Shown here one piece after another: positions 1 to 8,378 of a stretch of 42,818 nt of DNA. Position numbers and translations under genes: made by a program. Positions within the stretch are counted from its first letter, which is position 1; every line of letters starts with the position of its first letter. Location: contig JAFGOT010000024.1 in NCBI GenBank assembly GCA_016926395.1, forward strand, positions 1 to 42,818, given 5' to 3'. This stretch comes from Candidatus Woesearchaeota archaeon (GTDB taxonomy: Archaea > Nanobdellota > Nanobdellia > Woesearchaeales > SKGA01). Under the pieces are notes generated by a model. That model ran no database searches. It saw nothing but the letters and a program-made list of their open reading frames with translations, and was not told the origin of the DNA.

Positions 1-1
1 A

Positions 2-496
2 CTACAAGAAAGCACAATTCAAAAACATCTAGAAAATCTTGTTGAACATCATCAATTACAATTAAGAGAAGTTATGAAAACATGGAAGGTTAAGATAATA
101 CTCAAAAACATAAAAACATCAACAGATACAATAAAAAGTATTGATAAAAAAATAAATAATAAACAAATATCTTTAGATGATATCAGCCTAGTATTAGCAA
201 TAATCAAAGGCAAGTATAAAAAGAAAAGCTCAACATACTTTATTCAATGGTATCAAAAAGTTAACTGTCAAAGAAAATGTTATAATAATCAAAACCAAAT
301 ACTTAGTTGTAGAATAAAGTTTCAAAAACTACAAGCAACAATAAATAACTTAGAATTTAATAAAAAAGAATTCTTAGAACTAATAAACAACCAAACAACA
401 ATCTGTGAACTATCCAAAAAAGAAAAAAGCAAATTTGTAAGCTGGCAAGAACACAAAAATAACATTAGCGTATTACATACTCCGAGCTCGCAATAA
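2..496 (+). CDS. 5'-truncated protein with HTH_40-like (RecQ C-terminal type) helix-turn-helix
   Basis: Frame is open from base 2 (LQESTIQKHLENLVEHHQL...ISLDDISLVLAII), upstream of the Met at 74. This resembles the HTH_40 pattern (L.ESTI..HL..L....ISY.EI.LVLA). Confidence 0.55.
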   Translation, partial: LQESTIQKHLENLVEHHQLQLREVMKTWKVKIILKNIKTSTDTIKSIDKKINNKQISLDDISLVLAIIKGKYKKKSSTYFIQWYQKVNCQRKCYNNQNQILSCRIKFQKLQATINNLEFNKKEFLELINNQTTICELSKKEKSKFVSWQEHKNNISVLHTPSSQ

Positions 497-521
497 AAAC
501 AGTCTCAAACATATTCTTTGT

Positions 522-1031
522 ATGGAATACAAACGTGAACCTTTAGAAGAAGATGAAGTAATGCTACTGCGTAAATCATGCCATAACTTCGAAGAAGAAC
601 TCGCCATTAACATACTTCTTGATACGGGAATGAGAGTCTCTGAACTGGCAAATCTCAAAGAAGAAAATATTAGTTGGCAAAGAGGATGCATCACTATTAT
701 CGGTAAAGGAAAGAAACGACGAGTCATACCTTTAAGCAAGCTCGCAAAGTTCTACGTAACTCAGCTTTTTACAAAAGAAACTAAATTTCCGTTAGCGATG
801 AGAACAATACAAAAATATGTGAAAGTAGTTGCAGAAAGAGCAAGGATAAGAAAGCCTGTAAGCCCGCACGTGCTACGACACACCTTCGCTGTAACCTACT
901 TACATAAAGGTGGAAATCTTCGAGCATTACAGGCCATTCTTGGGCACAGTAGCATCACAACAACAGATATTTATCTAAACTACAGCGGAAAAAGAGTTCT
1001 TGATGATTTTGCAAAGGTGTGGGAACAATGA
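522..1031 (+). CDS. Tyrosine recombinase (Xer/integrase family), catalytic domain only, 169 aa
   Basis: TGMRVSEL, GKGKKRR, HVLRHTFA, LQAILGH and TTDIY give the R-K-HxxR-H-Y set; no N-terminal core-binding domain. Confidence 0.92.
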   Translation: MEYKREPLEEDEVMLLRKSCHNFEEELAINILLDTGMRVSELANLKEENISWQRGCITIIGKGKKRRVIPLSKLAKFYVTQLFTKETKFPLAMRTIQKYVKVVAERARIRKPVSPHVLRHTFAVTYLHKGGNLRALQAILGHSSITTTDIYLNYSGKRVLDDFAKVWEQ

Positions 1032-1555
1032 TGCGAAAACATCGTGAAGACATGATTAATCTTGACCTTGATTGTTTTTTGTTTCGTAATGATGATTTAG
1101 ATTATGAAGAATATTATTATCTGGAAAATCACGGTTACGAGTATGGAGAGTTTGTACCAATTGGTAAAAATTGTCAAGAAGAATTTCTTATTAAGAAAAA
1201 TACTCGCGAGTCGCTAGGTCATACATTTCTTGTTCATAACATTAAACAAGAATTAGAAAAATGTGGTGTTGAGGTAAAAACATACATTACAGTAAAACCA
1301 GACCTGATTTTTACCACAAAGAAAAACAAAATTTTTGTAGTTGAAGTTGAAACAGGAAAACAATTTCGAAGAAGAAAACAAAGAATAAAAAACAACTTCG
1401 AAAAAGTAAAACAAAAATATTCAAACGTTGTAATTGTTGTAACGACAACTAAAGTAAAAAGACACTACCAAAGACTATTACCAAACAACACAATAATGGT
1501 AAGAACAGATATACAAAAATGGATAGCCTCGCTCAAGAAGAATAAAGAGTTATAA
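1028..1555 (+). CDS. PD-(D/E)xK-like (restriction endonuclease fold) protein
   Basis: KPDLIF...VVEVETG motif; ATGA overlap with the recombinase stop suggests translational coupling. Confidence 0.6.
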   Translation: MMRKHREDMINLDLDCFLFRNDDLDYEEYYYLENHGYEYGEFVPIGKNCQEEFLIKKNTRESLGHTFLVHNIKQELEKCGVEVKTYITVKPDLIFTTKKNKIFVVEVETGKQFRRRKQRIKNNFEKVKQKYSNVVIVVTTTKVKRHYQRLLPNNTIMVRTDIQKWIASLKKNKEL

Positions 1556-1663
1556 TTACGGTACCAACAGCATGGCCGGAAACCGTTTAGAAACAAATAA
1601 TTATGCAAGCTAAGGGGGTGAAAAAGAGGGTGCAACGCACCCCAAGATAACACCCAAAAAATA

Positions 1664-2410
1664 CTAAACAGAACTCAAGTTACAAAGCAACAAATATTGC
1701 TCTTCAAAAGCTTCCATACTAATTTCTCCACTAGCAAAGCGAAGTTTCAACACTTGTAGAGGATCCTCTATTTTCTCGAAATGTTTAGTATGACTTTGTT
1801 TTTTGCCAAAAGCTAAGTTAATTTTATTTTGCAAATCTTTATTACTGATATATGCATAGACTTGTGTTGTGTGTATATCAACATGACCTAAAGACCTTTG
1901 CACATAATACAAATCAACACCTTGCTCCAACAAATAGGTAGCATAAGTATGCCTTAATGTGTGAAAACTGTAAGCATACCTTTGTTGTCCAATAGTTGAT
2001 TTGAAAGTTTTAATACTAAGTTTAGCTTTTTCAAGATATTCCTTAAATTTTCTTGATAAAAGATTTGTCACATAAGGATTTTCATATTCATTACAAATAA
2101 AAAATTCACTTTCTTTATTGTAACGAAACCATTTTTCAAGCAAAGGCTTTAGAGCAGTTGGCAACATTACAACTCTATCTTTTGCGCCTTTTCCTTGACG
2201 AACAATTACTTTCTCAGATTCCAAATCAACATCTTGCTTTTTCAAATTGCAAACTTCACTTATTCGAAGCCCGCAAAACAAAGCAACCATACAACCCATA
2301 AAAACAGGCGCATCATCAATGTTCTCAAATAAAGAAATTAATTGTTTCTTATTCAAAACATTAGGAAGTGTTCGTTTGTTAGCGTTTGGTCGAGCAAAAT
2401 TAGTTGCCAT
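1664..2410 (-). CDS. Tyrosine recombinase/integrase with C-terminal SHOCT-like helix pair
   Basis: GLRISEV, RQGKGAKDR, HTLRHTYAT, SLGH, TTQVY; C-terminal DPLQVLKLRFASGEISMEAFEE matches the SHOCT pattern. Confidence 0.92.
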   Translation of the reverse strand: MATNFARPNANKRTLPNVLNKKQLISLFENIDDAPVFMGCMVALFCGLRISEVCNLKKQDVDLESEKVIVRQGKGAKDRVVMLPTALKPLLEKWFRYNKESEFFICNEYENPYVTNLLSRKFKEYLEKAKLSIKTFKSTIGQQRYAYSFHTLRHTYATYLLEQGVDLYYVQRSLGHVDIHTTQVYAYISNKDLQNKINLAFGKKQSHTKHFEKIEDPLQVLKLRFASGEISMEAFEEQYLLLCNLSSV

Positions 2411-2411
2411 T

Positions 2412-2804
2412 TTACATCCCTCTAATTAATGTTAAGCCCATCTGCTTAACACTCAAGCTAATAGTCTCGCTTGTTTCTTGTTTGCGCTTGAAAGCCTCAC
2501 TAATCGCCTTACGTTGTGATAACTTATTCTCTTTGAGTTGATACTTGATATCTTCAGGAACTTTTTCTAAAAGCAACCATCGGTAAACCGTAAAAGGATT
2601 AAAACCGCTATCCATTAAGAAATTGTACAAGTCTCGATCCTCACCAAGCAAAATAAACTGCTTCTTATTGTAATGATAATGACCAAGCTTACTCATTAAT
2701 TTCACTAAATCACGCCCCTCTAACCAACTATACTCGCTATAAAGCCGTTTTTTAAGGCTTGTAAGCCTTCTCAAATAGTCTTTCTGCACATAGTCTTGTT
2801 TCAC
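2412..2804 (-). CDS. Element-associated protein with ParB/KorB-like HTH C-terminal region
   Basis: Likely GTG start at 2804, 6 nt after GGAGGTG. TVYRWLLLEKVPEDIKYQLKENKLSQRKAI resembles the ParB HTH/post-HTH segment; it ends 1 nt before the integrase start. Confidence 0.6.
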   Translation of the reverse strand: MKQDYVQKDYLRRLTSLKKRLYSEYSWLEGRDLVKLMSKLGHYHYNKKQFILLGEDRDLYNFLMDSGFNPFTVYRWLLLEKVPEDIKYQLKENKLSQRKAISEAFKRKQETSETISLSVKQMGLTLIRGM

Positions 2805-2913
2805 GCATGCCACCTCCATGGCAAAGGCGAAAGCCCAGAATACTGGCGACACAAAAGCCAACGCACAAGATGCAGAATCTATAAATATTTCGTTTTATAG
2901 TCACTTGTAAGTA

Positions 2914-2941
2914 GTAACTTATAACAACATTTATAAATAAC
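2914..2941. other. dif-like 11-6-11 inverted-arm site (overlaps probable TATA box of the 2960 gene)
   Basis: GTAACTTATAA-CAACAT-TTATAAATAAC; arms match 9/11 as an inverted repeat with a TAA-N6-TTA core. Confidence 0.4.
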
Positions 2942-2959
2942 TCCGTTTTACAAAAAAAC

Positions 2960-3202
2960 ATGGGAATAAGTGATTTGTATAAACGATTAGTTGGTAAAGA
3001 ACAAACCAAACCAGAAGCAAACATAGATTTATTTTTGAGAGGATTAAATGATATTTATTTAAATCAAAAAATACAAACTGAGCCGGTGAAAGAATTTAAA
3101 CCTAATCCTTTAACAGGCCTTGGAATTAATCCTGTAACTGGACAAAGTATTCTTGGTCGAGGAAAAATAACTCCTTATGAAGGTCATAAAAGAAAAAAAT
3201 AG
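2960..3202 (+). CDS. Hypothetical protein, 80 aa
   Basis: ORF with TTTATAAA about 25 nt upstream (leaderless start). Confidence 0.65.
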   Translation: MGISDLYKRLVGKEQTKPEANIDLFLRGLNDIYLNQKIQTEPVKEFKPNPLTGLGINPVTGQSILGRGKITPYEGHKRKK

Positions 3203-3295
3203 TTCTATTTTTTTATTTCGAAACATTTAATAAATAAAATTCTGCTTGAAACTCCATATGGTTAATTTCATAGTGACTTATGAGGTGTTTTCTTA

Positions 3296-3736
3296 ATGAG
3301 AAGATACTATCACAACCAAGGAGGGATAGATAGACGAAATAAGCTTGCTTCTTTTTTAGCTATAGTGTCCGGAGCAATGTTAATCGCATCTGGAACAACT
3401 GGTGTGAGTTCTTGGCAAAGAATACATGATGCAACAATTGCAGTCATAAACATTCCTTTAGTTGAACGATTATTCTTTTTAGTTTTTATATTGGCATCAC
3501 TTGGCGGACTAACTGTTATTTGGGGCGCAATATTAATCAGAAAAAATTTTGTAAGAACGGGAAAATTATTGATTTGGTTAGGATCGGGAATTGGTCTTGT
3601 TTCTTTATTGGTTGACTTGTTTACGACTGTATCAAATGATGGTTTATCTCTGGCAATATTATTCTCTTTGGCTCCTCTTGGTGTATTGCTCTCTTTTGTA
3701 GCGCAAATAATTGCCAAGCCAACTAGGTATTATTAA
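3296..3736 (+). CDS. Hypothetical 4-TM membrane protein
   Basis: GAGGTG SD 8 nt before ATG; four Gly-rich hydrophobic segments. Confidence 0.8.
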   Translation: MRRYYHNQGGIDRRNKLASFLAIVSGAMLIASGTTGVSSWQRIHDATIAVINIPLVERLFFLVFILASLGGLTVIWGAILIRKNFVRTGKLLIWLGSGIGLVSLLVDLFTTVSNDGLSLAILFSLAPLGVLLSFVAQIIAKPTRYY

Positions 3737-4264
3737 TTAAAAATCTTTTAGGCCGTGACTTTTTTGTGTTATATATTCTTTAACTTCTGTTAATTTAGAA
3801 TTATCTTTTAGACTTTTAACAAAGAAAACATCAGGTGTTTGACCATCATAAAGAGGCGTAGTCATAATTGGTTTGTAGCCAAGTTGGATAAGAAATGAAT
3901 AAACATCTATTTTATTGGCTGGAGCATCAACAACAATCAAATCATAATCTTCTTTATCTTCTAACTCTGCTTGCTTGGTTGCAAAGTATGCACAACCATG
4001 ACCTTGTGCTAAAGGATTGACACGGATGTTTTTTATCTCTTTAGTTCTAGGAAGCGATTTATGTGGTTGCCAAATAACATCTCCAACTAATTTACCTTCA
4101 GAATGTATTGTGATTGCTTTTTTATATTCAATACTCAGTTCAAAACGTGCTTTCTCAACCCAATCATCATAATTTTTGTAACCAAGATTTAAAAAATGAA
4201 GAAATGTTGCAAGTTCATCTAACTGTTTTATGGACTGAATATCTTTAAAGCTAAAATCAATCAT
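3737..4264 (-). CDS. GNAT-family acetyltransferase-like protein
   Basis: IKNIRVNPLAQGHG (motif A-like) and FLIQLGY (motif B-like). Confidence 0.6.
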   Translation of the reverse strand: MIDFSFKDIQSIKQLDELATFLHFLNLGYKNYDDWVEKARFELSIEYKKAITIHSEGKLVGDVIWQPHKSLPRTKEIKNIRVNPLAQGHGCAYFATKQAELEDKEDYDLIVVDAPANKIDVYSFLIQLGYKPIMTTPLYDGQTPDVFFVKSLKDNSKLTEVKEYITQKSHGLKDF

Positions 4265-4308
4265 AAAAAACCAAAATATGATGTTAATTATAATATTGTC
4301 TTTTTTAT

Positions 4309-4737
4309 TTAAAAATAGTCTTCATTGACCTTAAAGCCTAATTCTAAAAATTTATGGGTGTATGGGAAAAGTTTGTTTTCTTTAACAGCGAAACAACGAG
4401 GGGATAATCTTATTTCTTTTTTTTCTTCATCAACAAAAATAGGAAATTTTTCACACGTCAAAGGTCTTTTAGGATTTTTATGAATCATACATTTAGAATC
4501 GTTTAATTGTGGACAAGAACCAAGATGATTGCTAAAATTTAGAGAAAATTTGTTACCTTCTTGTTGTTTGATAAATTCTCTATCTTCAAGCTCTTTTCGT
4601 TTATCTTGAGTTAGGAGGTTTAATTCTTCTTCGTTTAAAATTAAATAGCCTTTTCTACAACAGTATGCATGACATTCATTAATGCAGTAATTGCTTATTG
4701 AATTTCTTGCTTTTGACGCAATTTGTTGGATGTTCAC
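4309..4737 (-). CDS. YkgJ-family (UPF0153/CxxCxxCC) cysteine-cluster protein
   Basis: YCINECHAYCC...CPQL...CMIH..RPLTCEKFP cysteine pattern. Confidence 0.85.
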   Translation of the reverse strand: MNIQQIASKARNSISNYCINECHAYCCRKGYLILNEEELNLLTQDKRKELEDREFIKQQEGNKFSLNFSNHLGSCPQLNDSKCMIHKNPKRPLTCEKFPIFVDEEKKEIRLSPRCFAVKENKLFPYTHKFLELGFKVNEDYF

Positions 4738-4810
4738 AAAGTTAGATTGATTACCTCTTATTTAATGTTTTTTAATAAAAATTAAATAGATATTATCTTG
4801 ATTTTATCTT

Positions 4811-5308
4811 GTGAAGAAAATAGTTGTTAATGATAAGATGCAAAAAGGTTACTATTATTATTTAACCGAGCCGATGGGCAAGAATTTTGACCTTGATTTC
4901 AAACCTGAACTGAGTCCAAAAGAGATGTTAGAGCTTGGAGTGTTTGGGGGAAAATATCTAAATGACTGTAAATCTGAATTTCCAAAAGAGTGGTTTAAAA
5001 ACGCCAAAACTTCTTTAGTGAGAAATATTGAATTAAACTTCTTTAAGGTTGATGCTTCAAAACCTTTAATTTATTGGGAAAACAAGGGTTGGATACATCC
5101 GCAAGATCCTAGGGGTTGGTTTCAATGGTACTGTAGGTATTATTTTGGCAGAAGGAGCGATGATGATGCTAGGCAGATAAAACGCTGGAAAGCTATGACT
5201 CGTCATATTGCACAATTAAAAAAGCACTGTCCTAAAGGTGTACTAGATTGTAGAAGAAAGCAAAGACAAGCTCTTCTTCACTGGGCGTATGATAGTAGAT
5301 TAATCTAA
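4811..5308 (+). CDS. Conserved hypothetical protein (DPRGWFQWYCRY family)
   Basis: PKEMLELGVFGG...KGWI..QDPRGWFQWYCRYY.GRR..DD.RQI.RW...RQALLHWAY; I recall this as a widespread uncharacterised family. Confidence 0.8.
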   Translation: MKKIVVNDKMQKGYYYYLTEPMGKNFDLDFKPELSPKEMLELGVFGGKYLNDCKSEFPKEWFKNAKTSLVRNIELNFFKVDASKPLIYWENKGWIHPQDPRGWFQWYCRYYFGRRSDDDARQIKRWKAMTRHIAQLKKHCPKGVLDCRRKQRQALLHWAYDSRLI

Positions 5309-5371
5309 TTTTAAGGTTTTATCCTATTTTAATAGTAAGTTTTTTATTCTCTTATATGAAGAAATTTCAAT

Positions 5372-6427
5372 ATGGCTGTTAAAAAGGTGTTAAAAGGAAC
5401 CCTTAGAATAAAAACCAAAGATTTGCAGCTATATGAAAAAACTGATTCCAACAAAGATTATTGGAAGAGATCAGACATAAGCTTGCCAGAAGCAAAGCAA
5501 GTTATTCATTTGTTTAAATCTCATAAAAACTTAAAATTATTGGTTGATTCTAAAGATTCTCGTTTTCTAAAGGGACAACTTTACAAAAATAAAATTCAAG
5601 GAGAAAGAATAAAATCACTGCCAAACGGACAAGAGGTTGATAAAGCATATTCTTTATTTTCTCCTCATTTAAATATTCATGACCAAACGTCAAATGAACA
5701 TTGGGATGTTATTTTTATGAATCCAAATGGTTCTTTTTCTTATATTTATACTCTTAATAAAAAACAAAAATCAATAAGGAAAAAATATACTAAAGTAAAA
5801 GAATTTGAAAATTGTTATCCAAAACTAAAAAGAAATGTTTTAGCTGGAATGAAAAATAATGATGAGATGGCAATTTTAATTTATACTTTGTTAAAAACGC
5901 ACATGAGGGTTGGAAATGAAATATACTTTAAACTAAGTGGTCATAAGGGATTAACAACCTTAACTAAAAAAGATATTTCTATTGATGGAAATAAACTCAC
6001 TTTTAATTATTTGGCTAAAGACGGTGTTCCAATAACAATAACGGAAAATTTTCCAGAAACATATGTTAAAAGTATGAAGTCTAAGCTATCTAAACTAAAA
6101 AGCAACGACTTTGTTTTTGCTACAAAATCAGGACATCCAATACATGAAGAAAAAATAAAATTAGCTTTCAAAAAATATTGTGGTGTTGAGTTTTATCCTC
6201 ATATTATAAGGAGTTATTATGCTACAACTGAAACTAAAAAGTTCTTAGAACTCCATAAGAAACCAAGCAAGGACGAAGTACGCAAATTATTCTTATCTAT
6301 TGCAAAAAAACTTGGTCACAAGAAATTCAGTAAAAAGCACGACGCTTGGGAAGAAAATTTTACTGTGACTTTAAATCATTACGTCGATCCAAGTTTAGTT
6401 AAAAAAATAAAAAAAATAACAAATTAA
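5372..6427 (+). CDS. Short (bacterial/poxvirus-size) DNA topoisomerase IB
   Basis: MRVGNEIY...GLTTL...FNYLAKDG...HIIRSYYAT...KLGH...HYVDP; the catalytic R-K-R-H-Y set is present. Confidence 0.8.
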   Translation: MAVKKVLKGTLRIKTKDLQLYEKTDSNKDYWKRSDISLPEAKQVIHLFKSHKNLKLLVDSKDSRFLKGQLYKNKIQGERIKSLPNGQEVDKAYSLFSPHLNIHDQTSNEHWDVIFMNPNGSFSYIYTLNKKQKSIRKKYTKVKEFENCYPKLKRNVLAGMKNNDEMAILIYTLLKTHMRVGNEIYFKLSGHKGLTTLTKKDISIDGNKLTFNYLAKDGVPITITENFPETYVKSMKSKLSKLKSNDFVFATKSGHPIHEEKIKLAFKKYCGVEFYPHIIRSYYATTETKKFLELHKKPSKDEVRKLFLSIAKKLGHKKFSKKHDAWEENFTVTLNHYVDPSLVKKIKKITN

Positions 6428-6428
6428 T

Positions 6429-8222
6429 TTATCTAGTTCTCTTCTTACTAAATGATTTTTTACTAGAACTATCTCTTTGTGGTGGTCTGTTTGCTCCTTT
6501 GTTATTTGGTTTTCTGTCTCTTGATTGGGATCTGCCTGATTCTCTATTGGAGTTGTTTTTAGATTTTTCAAATCTTGGACCTCTTGATTCGCTTCTTGGT
6601 GTTCTATCGTTTCTTTGATTTACTCTTCTATCTGGACTGGATCTTTGAGGTCTATCATTTGATTTGGATGGGCGATCGCTCCTTTGCGGCCTATCTCCTC
6701 GAGGTTTAAAACCAGGTTTGTCATCTGATGTTCTTCTTTCTCTATCATTGCTTCTAAAATTAGAACGACCTTCGCTTCGTCTATCGCCTCTTGGTCGATC
6801 ACTTCGAGAACTAAATCCTCGTCTATCTCCACCATCTCTTCTATCTCTACGAAAACCGCCTGAGTTTCCAGAACGAGAAGATCCTCCTCTTGAAGGAGCT
6901 GGCTCAGCAATATCTTTATACCTTATAGTATCAAGATCGTGTTTGAAATTATATTTAAGAAGGGCTGAAACAATTTTCATAGGGGAATGTTCTTCTAATA
7001 ATTCTTTAGCCATCAAATTATATTTTTCTGATTTAGATGAGTCATCGTTAATAATGTTTTGAATTAGTGTTTTTACTTGTTCTTCTTTGTGTGCAATAAC
7101 TTCTTTAGCAGATGGAAGTTTATGTTTTTCTAATTTACAATTGTTAACTTTTTCAAGAAGACTTAACTTTCGAGACTCAGATGGAATAACTAATGTTATA
7201 GAAATTCCTGTTTTGCCTGCACGACCAGTACGTCCGATACGATGAACATATGATTCTGGACTTTGAGGAAGAGAGAAATTTATAACATGAGATAAATCAT
7301 TAACATCAATACCTCTGGCTGCAACATCGGTAGCAACAAGGATGTTTATTTGTTTATTTCTAAATTGTTGAAGAATTTTTTCTCTTTGACTTTGAGTAAT
7401 ATCTCCATGGAGAGAAGCAGCGCTATAATCCATAGAAACAAGTTTTTGAGTAACCATATCAACTGAAGATTTTGTATTACAAAAAATAATTCCATAAAAA
7501 TCAACGTAATAATCAATGATTCGTCGGATACCTTCAATACGGTCTTTAGCACTTATATCGTAATAGATTTGTTGAATAGTATTAGTTGTAATTTGAGATT
7601 TTTCTATTTCAATAATCTCATGTTCTTTCATGTATTCTTTAGCAATTTTAAGAATTGGTGTTGGCATGGTTGCTGAAAAAAGTAACATACTCTTTTCTTT
7701 TGGAGAATTTTCTAAAATTTCTTTAATGTCATCAACAAAACCCATATTAAGCATTTCATCAGCTTCATCAAGAACTGCATATTGGATGTTGTTTAATTTT
7801 AGAACGCCTCTTTTTTGTAAATCAATAACTCTACCCGGAGTACCTACAACAATATCCACTCCTTGTTTGAGTTGCTTGATTTGAGGATCGATAGGACTTC
7901 CACCATAGATTGGTAAAACAAAAACTTTTTTGTCGCCTTTTAATGAAATAATCTCTCCTGCAACTTGCATAGCAAGTTCTCTTGTTGGAGTTAAAATTAT
8001 TGCTTGAACAGTTTTGCTATTCTCTTTAATTCTCTCAAGAATAGGAAGTGCAAAACTAGCTGTTTTTCCAGTTCCAGTCTGTGATTGACCCACAACATCC
8101 TTTTTACCCTCTAAAAGGAGGGGGATGACTCTCGCCTGAATAGTTGTGGGAGTTGTATAACCTTTCTTTTCTAATGCTTTAACAGTATTATCAGATAATC
8201 CTAATTTTTTGAATTCTTCCAT
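6429..8222 (-). CDS. deaD: DEAD-box RNA helicase (DeaD/CshA-like) with R/S/D/G-rich disordered tail
   Basis: QSQTGTGKT, PTRELA, GTPGR, DEAD, SAT, HRIGRTGRAG motifs. Confidence 0.95.
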   Translation of the reverse strand: MEEFKKLGLSDNTVKALEKKGYTTPTTIQARVIPLLLEGKKDVVGQSQTGTGKTASFALPILERIKENSKTVQAIILTPTRELAMQVAGEIISLKGDKKVFVLPIYGGSPIDPQIKQLKQGVDIVVGTPGRVIDLQKRGVLKLNNIQYAVLDEADEMLNMGFVDDIKEILENSPKEKSMLLFSATMPTPILKIAKEYMKEHEIIEIEKSQITTNTIQQIYYDISAKDRIEGIRRIIDYYVDFYGIIFCNTKSSVDMVTQKLVSMDYSAASLHGDITQSQREKILQQFRNKQINILVATDVAARGIDVNDLSHVINFSLPQSPESYVHRIGRTGRAGKTGISITLVIPSESRKLSLLEKVNNCKLEKHKLPSAKEVIAHKEEQVKTLIQNIINDDSSKSEKYNLMAKELLEEHSPMKIVSALLKYNFKHDLDTIRYKDIAEPAPSRGGSSRSGNSGGFRRDRRDGGDRRGFSSRSDRPRGDRRSEGRSNFRSNDRERRTSDDKPGFKPRGDRPQRSDRPSKSNDRPQRSSPDRRVNQRNDRTPRSESRGPRFEKSKNNSNRESGRSQSRDRKPNNKGANRPPQRDSSSKKSFSKKRTR

Positions 8223-8378
8223 TGTATGCCTTATAAATAGTTTATATAGTAATTATGATTTTTTATAAATAAGGGATTGACTTGTTTGTTTATAAAGCTA
8301 CGTAATGAACTAATAATCAAGAAAATGCTAAAATTAACAAAATAAATGTTTAAAAATTCATTCTTATTTCTATATTTT

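Larger units (their letters stand above)
1..2941. mobile_element. Right-hand part of an integrated mobile element (continues beyond window start)
   Basis: Two tyrosine recombinases, a nuclease-fold gene and HTH genes clustered and ending at a dif-like site; the other boundary is not visible. Confidence 0.6.

Noticed and set aside
1664-2410. Integron integrase IntI
   Set aside because: It shares the GKG.KDR..MLP motif but lacks the IntI-specific insertion and the N-terminal domain.
2819-2860. c-di-GMP-I riboswitch look-alike (GGCAAA-GGC-GAAA-GCC...CAAAAGCC) on + strand
   Set aside because: P2 is too short, the GACGCAAA segment does not follow, and it is antisense to the adjacent gene.
6620-7062. 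Antisense and alternate-frame ORFs over the helicase tail
   Set aside because: Shadows of the low-complexity coding sequence.
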